Source: Cenococcum geophilum (taxonomy: Eukaryota). From it: 64,000 bases of DNA. Numbering within the stretch: position 1 is the first letter of the stretch; every line of letters begins with the position of its first letter. The notes below the pieces were generated by a model. That model was not told the origin of the DNA and searched no databases. It worked only from the letters and a program-made list of their open reading frames with translations. Below, one piece after another: positions 49,601-61,700 of this stretch. Made by a program: the position numbers and the translations under genes. The stretch spans positions 2,294,001 to 2,358,000 of the forward strand of contig CP158635.1 in NCBI GenBank assembly GCA_050273025.1, given 5' to 3'.

Positions 49601-52600
49601 CCTAGCGTTTCCTACCTTTAATACTAGAGGGCTAGGCTAGCTATCCCAAGCCTTAATAGGCCAGAAGCGACGCCGTGTAATATTACTAGACTAATTAGGG
49701 ATATAAGGGTTACAGGGGACATAAGGGAGAGAACGCCCCGTAGGAAGACCCCTATAGATAGCAACAGTAGGCTTAAAACCAGGATAATTAAGAATTAGAC
49801 TTAATACGGTAAATATAATATTTATAGCCAACCTATAAAGGGTATATAGCTAACTAGTAAGAATAGGGGAAGAACTGGTAATAATAATAAATTTAGATAT
49901 AGAAGCGCTAATAAGAATATAAGACACGGGAATGGAAAGCTCTATATAAAATAAGTAGTAACTAGGGTGTAGATATAAGAGACAGAAGCTCTAAATATCC
50001 TAGAGAAAGTGGAAATAGAAGAAGTAAGGAACGAAGGAGAGTCGAAGGACCCTTACTGGGGGTCCGCTACCTATCTATTATATAGTATAACTGCGGTAAT
50101 ACAAACTACTACCTCGCAAGGCCCCTATTAGATAGTCTAGACCTAGAGAAATACTATATCTTTGCTATATAAGAACCGTATTATAATACCTTTATATAAT
50201 TAACATACTGCCCCTAAGGATTCTAGCTCCTATACGAACTAAAAGCAGCTATACGTGTGTGCTTTATAATTAGTAAGGCTATTAGCCTGTCCTTATGGTT
50301 ATAGTAGGCAGTTAACCTAGATATTACAGTTATAACAATCTAAATATATAGGGGACCGGTATAAATTATTAATGTGTATAACTTTAGGGTTAAAGGGGTC
50401 CTATAAATAGAGAATATTATATTGGTAATAAGCTTACTAGAAACCGAAGGTATAGAGTTTATCCTACTAGGAGATATAAACCTCTACCACCCGCGGTAGG
50501 GGGGTATCTATATTACTATAGATTAATAGTTAGAGTGCCTACTAAGAGCTATAGATATCTAGGGCCTTAAGCTAGCTACCCCCCCAGGAGCAATTATATG
50601 GCAATGAGGCACTACTAAAAGTATAATTAACCTCACATTTATAGACGAAGGCCTATACTAAAGACTTAAAAGGTATAACCCTAAAGAAGAATAGGCACTT
50701 ACCCTAGACTATATCCCTATTCAGATATAGCTAGACCTAGATACTAAAGCGCAACTAAATAGAAAAAGATACGCAATAAGGAAGCTTAAGATAGATAGTT
50801 TCCTTAATGTAGTTAAACAATAACTTTAAAACCTAGAAGAAATCTACCTAATACCAAACAAGCGAGGCTTATTGGCCACCCCTAAGGAAATCGACCGAAG
50901 ACTAAAAAGGATCTAGGCAGCGATTAAAAATAGGCTGAAAGAGCACTGCCCAATCTTAAAACTGGGCCCCTACGCGCGATACGCATGGTCTATATAATGC
51001 GTAATTCTAGTTGCTAGCTAACGACGAGTAAGAAGGAAATATATAAGCAGTTACGACCCTAAAGATAAAAGATAATATAAAGACATAAGAAACCAGCTAA
51101 AGAATACCCTAAAAAAAGAAGCAAGGAATAACTAGAGACGGTTTATAAACGAGTATACATTTAACCCAAGCCTCCCCCATAATAAGGGCCTTTAGGCTAT
51201 AACGAAATGGGTAAAAAAAAAGGCAGGGCGCCTAGTAGAAGACCTATACTTACCACCCCTATGAAGAGTAGGAGAATTATAGGCCACAAACAATAATAAT
51301 AAAAAGGTAAAGATCCTTATAGAAAGGTTCTTCCCCTAACCGGCTTTAGTAGACTTTAGTAATATCACGGGCGAAATACCGGTGACTTGCCTGCGGGTTA
51401 ACAGCGATATAATAACAGAGGAAATGGCTAGAACTATTAGCCGCCTTTTAAATAATATAGTACTAGGACCAGATAGGATTCTAAATAAGGCCCTAAAAAC
51501 CTATGGGCCACTTATAGCACCTTGGCTTGCAGATATAGCTAGAGCATGCTTTGCTATAGGCTACTACCCGCGACTCGGAAGATCTATAACAACGGTTGTC
51601 CTATAAAAAGAAGGTAAAGCAGATTACTTAATCCTAGGAAGCTACCGCCCTATTGCCTTAGAAAACACCCTTAGCAAGATCTTAGAAAGGGTAATAGCGG
51701 AACGCATAGCAGATATGGTAGAGGAACACGCCCTACTACTATAAAGCTAAATAGGGGCAAGAAAGAACCGCTTAATACTATTAGTACTTACGCTACTCAC
51801 TGCCACCATTAAATCTGTATAGGCGATGCGAAAGGACTTTGTAGTATTAATGCTTAGCCTAGATATTAGTGGTGCCTATAATAATATACCCCACAAGCGT
51901 CTCCTGTATATTCTTAGGGTAAAGGGCTTCCTAGAATGGATTATATAATTTATCTAAGGGTTTATAGGCTAGAAAGAAACATTACTAGTCTTTAGCGGAT
52001 ACTAGAGCCCCCCTATCGCAGTTGCAACAGGAATACCATAAGGATTACCCCTCTCGCCTATACTCTTCCTTTTCTTTATAAGCAACCTACTTAACTCCTT
52101 TAAGGAAGGGGCGACCTAGGGGATAGGCTTTGTTAATAACACAAACCTAATTACATACGGGCTAATAGCTGTAAAGAATTGCAGAATACTAGAGAAAGCC
52201 TATAACACTTATATAGAATGGGCAAAATGTTATAGAGTCCAATTCTTACTAGAGAAATACCAGCTAATCCATTTTATAAGAAAACGCAACCAATCTACAG
52301 ATCTCTAGTATATAATTCGCATCTAAGGCTTTAGGGGTTAGCCAGTTTAGGGCCTAAGGGTATTAGGAGTATAGGTAGATAGTAAGCTTCGGTAGAGCGC
52401 ATATACGGCGTAAGCGGCCCGTAAAGGCTAAGTATAGTTCATCGCTTTATCTAGGATTATTAACTCTATATAGGGTCTATGCTTCTAGAGGTCACGCCTA
52501 CTATATATAGCAGTCGTCCGGCCAACCATGATATATAGATCCAGTATTTAGGCCATTAGAGAAACTAAGAAGGGCCCCCCTAAATTACTCCTTAAACTAC

Positions 52601-55600
52601 TTTAAAAGGTCTAAACAGCCTACCTTTAGAGTATTATAGGCGGGTACAAGCAAACGGCTATAGCACTGCTTAAGAAGGAATCCAATATTCCCCCCCTATA
52701 GTTATATATTAAAGCCGCTATAATATAAAGGACGCAAAATAAACGCAACTCTAATATTATAAAGTATATTAAAACACGCCTAAGTAAACTATAGAGGGAC
52801 CCTAGGGTGCCCTATAGGAGAATAAACCAACAACCCCAAAGTAGGGAAGAGATATTAGAGAAACAGGTAAAGAAAGCAGAAGAAGAATAGTGCCGCTTTA
52901 GGGCCTAGGCCCATATAGAGGAGGAAGGGAGACGTATAAGAGGTTAGCAAAGATAATAGTAAGATAGAGAAAGGAGCTAAAGTAGAATATATAAGAATGC
53001 TGGAAAACCATCTACCGCAATGCAATACTGGTTAGACTAACACTGGAGAGGCGAATGGGAGTTAAAGGTATAGAGGCTGACTTAGGTAAGACGAACCTAA
53101 GCTATAGTATAGTTAACGCTATAGGGGGTAAATACTTAAGGGCTCTAAGAAGGCCTAATAAAGGTAGAAAATATAATAGCAACACTCTTAAGAACAGAAA
53201 TAATAGGACTAAAAGATTGGCTTTACTAGGTGGGTGTCCTAGTAGGTAGCCTAAGATATAAATATAGCTGGCTAAGACAGACACCAAAACACGTAATACT
53301 GCTATGCCCCCTACGCACTAATTAAGAAATAATGCTCTTAGCAGCTGGCATAGAGAACTATAATATACTGCTCTTAATATAAAAAGGCCTTAAGGCGGTT
53401 ACCTAGTGGCTTATTAGTTAAAATATGCTAAATTAGTTCTGGGTTGCAAGAGAAATGGTAATAGAAGGTAAGGGGGCGAGCAGCAGGTGCCCCCTAGTAA
53501 CTCTATAGTAGTAGAGTAATAGTTTGTAATACTAGCGCGTCCGTAGGCTTGTTACGGCAGCAGTGGTTCCTAAGGAGGTTAAATAGTAAGGTAGTAGAGC
53601 ACTATAGGCGACTTATAGGCGCTAAGTAGGCGAGTCCCAAAAGGCGGGGAGATAGATTATGGGGTTTTCTTATTTTTCTTAAATACAGTTTTCTCCCCAT
53701 ATGTAAATAAGGAGTAGTCCGCGTGGGCCCAATAGGGATCCGAATCGGACGTTAAGCAATGAATTATTATTATTATACTAACTCTAAGGACGCGAAGAAT
53801 AGAGATAAAGATAAGGATTTAGTTAATAATAACGACTAAGATATAGACGTAGAGGAAGAGCTTAACTAGTAATCTTTTTTAGCTTAGCTTTATAAGGCTA
53901 GAAAGGATAACCTAGATAGCATACTAGCGTATATAATAGAGGCGGATCTTCTACTTACTCTAGAGTATTTCTTACTTATCTTATTAAAAGCACTTTCCGA
54001 AACTACCCTAATTGAACTCCCTAATTAGGGCCTTGTATTAGGCTTTAAATTTAGCCTATACTAAGTAGTATATATAGCTTAGGTATTTAAGTAAGAGAGA
54101 ATAATTAAAGGAGGTGGTATCTATATAGACAAACCTAGCGCAGGCAAGACTATATAAATAATTACTTAATAGCTAATAAACTACTTTTATTATTAGAATG
54201 TAATAGACGTTTAAAAGGCCTGAGCCACTGGGGATATAACCCGCCACCTATCTAAAATATATCCGCTAGATGCAAAATGCCTATAGGTAGTAAAGTAGCC
54301 GATTATATACTACTGCGAAGATAACTTTAAGAAACTGTACCCTATAGACCTATAGCAAGGCTGCTTAGTTATCTTTACGCTAACTTTAGGCCTGCTAGGA
54401 TTCCTAAAGAACGCGAGTGTAATATTATAAGACGGCGCGATTATAAAGCGCCCTAACCCGCCCTAGATTATAATTCTCGCCCCTAGCTACGATAAAGTTA
54501 AAATATTTAGTAAACTAAAAAAGGATAAATAGCTATAAATTTATAAGGCTTTTAAGTGGACTAATAAGGAATAATAGGAGAATAATAATAATATATATCT
54601 GGTTAGTAAGACTCTCCTATTATACCTATAGGGTAAAGCTAGGTTTAAGAATAATTATTACCCTACCCTAATATAACGGAACTATTAGCGCCGAGATACT
54701 TAACCTAATTCCTTCTAATTACTACGCGAAATTATATTACCACATAACTAATACGCGGGTTTATTACTATATAAACTAGTATATAAAAATACCTAAAGGG
54801 CAAAACCCCTAAATTATATTAGAAATTAAAGAGTGTAATATAGGTTAGGTATATCCTTTAGGATAAATACCACCTAGACGTAACTAGTAGAGTCTTAATA
54901 TTGTTTATTAAGGATGTAGTTAAGGAGTACTATATTATATATAATCGCAGCCCTACTATATAGGGTGCGTTTAATACGCCTAATAACGGAAACCTAATAT
55001 AACTAATACGGTTTATTATAGCAGGATTAAAAAGGCCTAAGTGGAAAGAAGTAGATAAGCTAAAGGGAACGGAGTTTAAAGTACTGCTTAAGCTTAAAGA
55101 AGAAAATATCTAGCTAAAGAAGAAGGAATTTAACTGTCTCTATAAGGATATAAAGACTAACCCATTTAGAGTAATAGTAGATAAGAAATTCGGTAAACTA
55201 GCTGTATTTTTCCGTATAGTTATTCTAACGTTTTAGATATATAGAGGGGAGTTAACACTCTGGTTTAACCAGCAAAAGCTTATCCTAAAAAATAGCTATC
55301 TTAAATTAGTTATATTATAGGCCGACCCTAATAATACTAAGGCGGCTATAATTATAGCTATAGAGGACTAAGTAAGGATAGAGTAGAGGCGCTAATATAA
55401 GGAACTTCTAGCTATATAGGAGGAAAATAATAGTAATTTAAATACTAAACCTAAGATACCGAAACTTACTTAAGCTAAGTTATATACTAATGCGAAAACG
55501 GTAGTAAGCGTAGCCTAGGTTGTCTAATACTAGGACTAGTATACCCCTATTATAATTAAGTCCAATAAGTCTAATAAGTCTAATAATAAACGCCTAAAAA

Positions 55601-56243
55601 CTTAGAGTTGTATACTTAAGGACCTAATTATTGCTAAGTGGACTACTAACCTACTTAGTAAGGAGTTTACTAATATGCTTAACCGCTATTTTTAATAGAA
55701 TACAAAGTTCTTTTAAGCTAAAAAAATCTATAATTATGTTTATATCGAAAAATAAACGGATGGTTTAGCGTATAAGATTATTATTACTACTTACTTACCT
55801 CTTATACTAGCTTATTAGTTTAATAGGCTATATAAAGAATATAGTAAAGATAAGGTACTCCGCTATGCAGCTAGTATATCTAATATTAAGAAGGCTAAGG
55901 CTAGGTAAACCTTTAACACTAATAACTCTAAGTAGATCCTACTTTGCACCTTTATATTAATTAGGCTATCTATTAACCTATAGCGCGCAAATTATACTAT
56001 TGTAGTTAAGCTAAGCCATAAGCTCTCAAAGGTAAAGTAACTATTTACTTAGATAAATTAATAAGGATAGACTAAGCCTATTTATTATAGTACTATTATA
56101 GCTAATTAGAAGTTAAGTATTAAGTAAAGGATGTTAAAGTTAACTAAATTTACGTTATTACTGTATAAGTTAGTATATAAGGAGAAGGCCAATTTAAGCT
56201 TAAAAGTAGGCTAAGGTAAAAAGGAAGACATTAAGACTATCTA
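46660..56243 (+). pseudogene. SNF2-family ATPase/helicase with long low-complexity N-terminus, split by a LINE
   Basis: Motif I GGI..D(E)P(G)AGKT.Q.I (~54110-54160), motif II D(E)YH (~54862), HELICc ILLCT...G.SINLQRANYTIVV(E)P...Q.F.R.NRQGQTKP (~55935-56080). Start approximate. Confidence 0.78.
48223..53770 (+). mobile_element. Full-length Tad-like LINE (ORF1 with CCHC knuckles; ORF2 endonuclease-RT)
   Basis: FAIQEP, LLGD.NL.HP.WGG, GSYRPIALENTLSKILE, LDISGAY, GF..(DD)TNL; (ATT)n tail; TSD ~tattatactaactctaa at 48206-48222 and 53771-53787. Confidence 0.93.
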
Positions 56244-56649
56244 ATACTAGTAACGATTGTAAGAGTATAATAGAACTATAGATAGTTTTAAATACTATAT
56301 ATAGCCGCTATATAGCGAAACCTATTATAATTATATAGTAGTATATATATAGGCTAAGGGACGTGTCTTCTAATAACTTATAGGTAGTAGCGTAGCGTAT
56401 ATAGTAAACTTAGTTAACTAAAATATTTCTAGTATTATTATTTCTAAGAGAGTATTAAGTTATAGCTTATAGCACTTTTATTATTAAGGCAGCATTTAGC
56501 CATAAATTACAGCATTATTATTATTGGTGTAGTATATAGCCGCAAAATATAACTAAATGCGGCTAAATACTAAAATCGCTTAATTAGTATAAACCTAATT
56601 TAAGATACTAGTAAATTTTTTTATAATACCGCCCCGCCCCCTATACTTA

Positions 56650-57125
56650 CTAATATTAATAAAATATATATAAAATATAAAATATATTATTTTTATTAAT
56701 AATATTAAAATTATAAAAATTATACTTTTTTATATACTTAGTAATATTAATAAAGCGTATATAAAATATTAAAATTATAAAAATTATACATTTATATATG
56801 CTTAGTAATATTAATAAAGCATATATAAAATATTAACATTATGAAAATTATATATTTATATATGCTTAGTAATATTAATAAAGTGTATATAAAATATTAA
56901 AATTATAAAAATTATACTTTTATATATACTTAGTAATCTTATAATTAGTACTTAGTAGCTAAATATTAACACTTAATTATAAATGCTGTATTTGGCAGCT
57001 AAATGCTAATACTTAATTCTAAATGCCGTATTTAGCAGCTAAATGCTAACACTTAATTCTAAATGCCGTATTTGGCAGCTAAATGCTAGGAAATGCTAAA
57101 AATGCTAAAAAATGCTAAAATGGCA
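56650..57125. repeat. Right subterminal tandem arrays (~64-bp and 40-bp units, then aaatgcta runs)
   Basis: tagtaatattaataaagcgtatataaaatattaaaattataaaaattata x~4; gcagctaaatgctaacacttaattctaaatgccgtatttg x~3. Confidence 0.85.
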
Positions 57126-57164
57126 GAAAAGTAAAATTAAATGCTGGTAAATTTTTTCCTGACG

Positions 57165-58768
57165 CTAATACCTACTTTAGTACTAATACTACCTTCCTTA
57201 TAGCAAGCTCCGGCTTTAGCTACACTATACCCTATTTTAGCTGTCAATTAGGAGTAAATTAAGAAGTTTAGGAGTATATTATAGGCTAAATGTATAGAGA
57301 TATATAGTTATTATAAAGAGTAGTAGTTTTAAATAGGACTAGCTATGGAGGGTAATAATATAGGTATATATAAAGCCTATATTAGGGACGCTAATAACCT
57401 TAATAATCCAACCCTTCTTCCCTTATTTAGTAAAAGCAACGAGCTTAATCTAGGGCCTATTCTTAGCTTTCTACCTATACTTACCACGGTAAAAGAGCTT
57501 CTAATTACGCGCGTATACGTTTATCTACAAGTTATACGTATACGTGGCCAGTAATATCGCTATATTGGCTACGTTTGCTGCTTTAGCCAGAACATACTAA
57601 AGACTTAGAGGCAGCTACTATAACTACCTACTAAACTCAATATACTAGTCGTAAGGCCTATAGCGGTAAAGGGTAGCAAATACCTAAGTTAGCGGTTTAC
57701 TAAGCGGTATACCGTAAGGCGCTCTATTATAGTATAATAGCTTTACTTTCTAAAGGTTAATTATCCTAATTATTATAATGTTAAAATATATAGTTACCGG
57801 CTTACCAGCTTACCTAAAAACGGCTCTATATTAAAGTAGCTACCTTATATTAATAAGTTAAAGTTAGAGTCTAATTTTAGTAGCCTAATAGCTTACCTTA
57901 CTGCTTCTATATAACGTCCTTCTACTTTACCTGCCAAGCTTAGTAGTAATATACCGGATAGTAAATTTAATAACAATATACTAGATACTCTGGTTCCTAA
58001 TCTAGTACCTAACCTTAATAAATTAGAGCTTTTAGGTCGTAAGGTTTAATACTAATAAGACCTATAAGTAGGGCTAGAGGTTCCTACTGTGCGGTATACA
58101 CCTCTCTCTAAGCAATTAGCTAGTTTTATTATGCGCGGCGCCTTTCCTACTCTGTTTCCTTATAGTAAAGCCGACTTTAATATGCTATAAAGCCGCATAG
58201 TTACCCTAGCTACATACACTAAGTATATGCTTAAGTATTAGGACGGTCGGTTTGGCCGCTATTCCTTATTTCGCTACTATATGTTTAATTAGATTATAAG
58301 AGAGTAAGCCCTTAACGCCACCCACTTCCTTTATAGCCAATTAAATAAAAATAGTCTATCTTTAGATAAGCTTAGTAATCTTATAAATAGTAGTAAGGGT
58401 AATTATATTTTAAATAAGATTATATAGTATATACGGAAGCTTAAGGGCACTAGGCCTTACTAGAAGCAGAAGAGAAATAAGCTTATAGCTTATACTAAAA
58501 ATATTAAGAGTGGGTCTCTATTCTTTACACTTAGCGCTATTAATCTATATTAGTATAATCTATACTCTTATATGCCTTAATTTAATAAATATAAGCCTGC
58601 TAATAAGGCTTAGCGCTACCGGATTGCTTCTTAAAATCTTAATAATAACCTATATATTACTGCTTACTAGCTATATTACCGCTTTGATCTATTTAGGAAG
58701 CATATACTTATAGGTCTATTTAATAGCACTAACTTTTAGTCCTAATATAAGTGGTAGGTATAAGGTAG
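57165..58768 (+). mobile_element. Helitron RepHel (Helitron_like_N region), truncated by a Gypsy LTR
   Basis: GAFPTLFPY(G)KADF, DGRFGR...FRYY.FN, LKGTRPY(W), LFFTLSA.(D)L.W, ends at Y(E)W(Q)..GS just before the HUH motif. Confidence 0.88.
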
Positions 58769-61700
58769 TATTACGGCACTAACCTAATACATACTGTTTT
58801 ATACTATCTTGTACTGTTTCCTACTATTAGCTAGCCTACTACTAGCGACTTAACGACCGGCCCTACTATTTATATATAATACCCCCTTTCCACCTTCTTC
58901 CCCTCTTTATACTATAACGTAGTTATTTAGTCTACTTTATTACAGCACTATAACAGTTTATGGTATCTTTAATTTACGCCCTATTGCGATTACTAATTCC
59001 ATATACCCTAGCTAATTAACCTCCGCCCTAAAGTAATTATAACCTATACGCGCCCCTACTAAAACCGACACGTCCCTAGTATAGTCCTAAAACGATCCTT
59101 AGTTTTTACCTAGCGCCTAGATAGGCGACACTAATAATGCTAAAATGGCCGAAACCTAGAACCCCCGCGATGTTTTTGTAGACCTCTTTATAGAGATATA
59201 CCCTAATATTGCGTAGATAATCTACTACTCCCTACTATACTCTAAGACCTTTAAGCCTAGTAAAGCTTACCTTACCCTTATTAACTATACTAATAAGTTC
59301 CTTAGTAATATTAAAGTAGGACTATAGTGTATATATAATATAAACACCGCAAATAAGAAAGCTAATGAAAACCTTAGTGCCCTTATTACTTCTTAAATAG
59401 GAACTATTAACTTTTAGGCAGAGGCTATTACCGTTCTAAAATAATTAACTATTATAATAATAGTAGTAACCTAGCAAAAAAAATGGAGATCTAAAGACCC
59501 GCCAATATTTAGCGGAAAAGGTACCCCGCTAAAATGATAAGCTAATTTTAAAACCTAGTATATTAAGATTAAAGGAGTCTTTAACCAGGACTGGGACTAC
59601 TTTAATACAGTTTAGTCCTAGATTCTTTATATCTCGGATATACTAGAGGATAAGGCCTATAAGTTTATTAAGTAAAGCCTAAAGCTTATATATAAGAACC
59701 CAAATAATATATCTATATAGAAATGGCCTATTAAGGAAGATATGCTTAAAGACCTTACTGCCTACTATAAGGTCCTTAATATAACCCAGGTTATAAAAAA
59801 TAAGCTTAACTATTTCCCCTAGGGCGAGTATAATTACTAGTCCTAAAAGGGAGAGCTTAATAAGCTAATAGCCCGCGCTAAGAAGACAGATAAATAGAAG
59901 GTAGACCTACTTTAAAAGCTTATTTCTCTAAAGATGGAAGAGCTGGTACTTAGACTTGCCTATAAAATTAATAATAGTAACTATATAGGTTAGAGTAAGC
60001 AGATAGATATATTTACTAAGAACCTCGCAAACTATACATACTAAGCTAACCTTAAGAAGAACGCTAACTACCGCCTACCTACTTAAGCCCTTACCCCTAT
60101 GTTAACCCCAACCCTAGTAATAACTAAAAAACCTATAAACCTTAATAGAATCTTAAATACAGAGTGTAAGCGCTATATTAATAATAAACTATACCTTACC
60201 TATAGCCTGCCCGGCCACTAAAAGGATGCCTATAACCCTACTAAGATAGTAAACCTAGTCCTAATACTACCCTATTAAATAACGCAAACTAATAACCGCG
60301 GACGTGGCGACTATAGAGTTTATTATAAACGTGGTAACTGCGGAGCCTATTATAGCCGTAGCGGATAACCCCCCCCCCTTTAATCCTATAGCTTAGTTAC
60401 TCTAAACTATGTCCTATATAGAAGCCTAACCCGTTAATAACGCCTAGTATTAGTAACTTCGCGTTAGTAAATATAAACACGGCTATATTATTAGTAAGGT
60501 ATTATTTTCCTATACCCTAACTAAAACTAAGACTAATACCGCTAGCTAGATGGACACTAGACCGCCTTACTAAGATAGCTCTATACCCTAGTTATTAAAA
60601 GGTAAACCCTTAAACTAAGTTACGTTTAAGGGTCTAAACCATATAAGGAGGAAGATAAGAAGATTAGGTCCCTATTACTAGATTAATTAGTCCTTTTTAT
60701 TAGTAAACTACTACTTAATCTTAAATTAGCAAATAATAATAAGAAATTAATCCTTATTTAAACCTAACTCTCCTTATTATATAACTTATACCCCTAAGTT
60801 TATATTAATATAGTAAGCCTAGTAGACTTTAGTAGTACTATAATAGTATTTACTAACGCAGAGTCTATTATAAGAAAGTATAACGTTATAACTAAGAAGC
60901 TGCTAGCACCTAGGCTACTACGCCTCGTAGATAGTATCCTAACTTCGCTTATTACGGACTACTTTACTACCTAAATGTTAATCGGCCTCTATACTAAAGC
61001 TATACTCTTTTTTATTACTAAACTCTTGCCTACTACCCTAATTATCCTAGGTATGCCCTAGCTTTAGAAGTACAAACCCTATCCTAGCTTTAGGAAACTT
61101 AAGATCTACTTTAACTTAGACTACTACTTTAGGCACTACCTCCTATAGGGGATAACCGACGTTAGTAGGGACGCCCTATATAGATACTTAGCACTACTAA
61201 GCCTAGTGCTTAGGACTATATATAAAGCCCTAATAGTAAAAGACGTTCCTAATAAAGGGGAGCCTATATAGCTATAAAGAAACAAGATAGTAGAAGACTG
61301 GACTACCCTAGTACTTAAAACTAAAACAATAGGCTAGCTAGCCCTACTAAAACTAAGAAAAGAGGTCCGCTTTACGCCGCTACTACTAAGAATCTAACCC
61401 TAACCTAGGCACTATTTAAACCCTAGCTGCCTAGCCTAATACCTAGAACTAAGCCATATACTATATACGCACACTATAGCTCGCGTTATAGTAAGGACTG
61501 GCTATAGAACTACTAAGACCTAGATAATAGAAACCGCGCCACTATACCGCCTAACCTTATACCTATCTCCCGCGCGTACTGTATAGGGCCACCGCCTTAT
61601 TTCCGCCCCCCTAGGCCGACTAAGCCGTACTAACCTAGCTATAGCACTAGAAAACTAGACACGCCCTAACTTAGATAATATTAAATGCACTTATACTATT

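Larger units (their letters stand above)
25413..57164. mobile_element. Giant Plavaka-type (CMC/CACTA-related) TIR transposon, 31,752 bp including later insertions
   Basis: Perfect 26-bp TIR cgtcaggaaaaaatttaccagcattt (25413-25438, 57139-57164); 2-bp TSD ct; flanks rejoin into the 18-bp repeat; Plavaka-type transposase inside. Confidence 0.9.
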
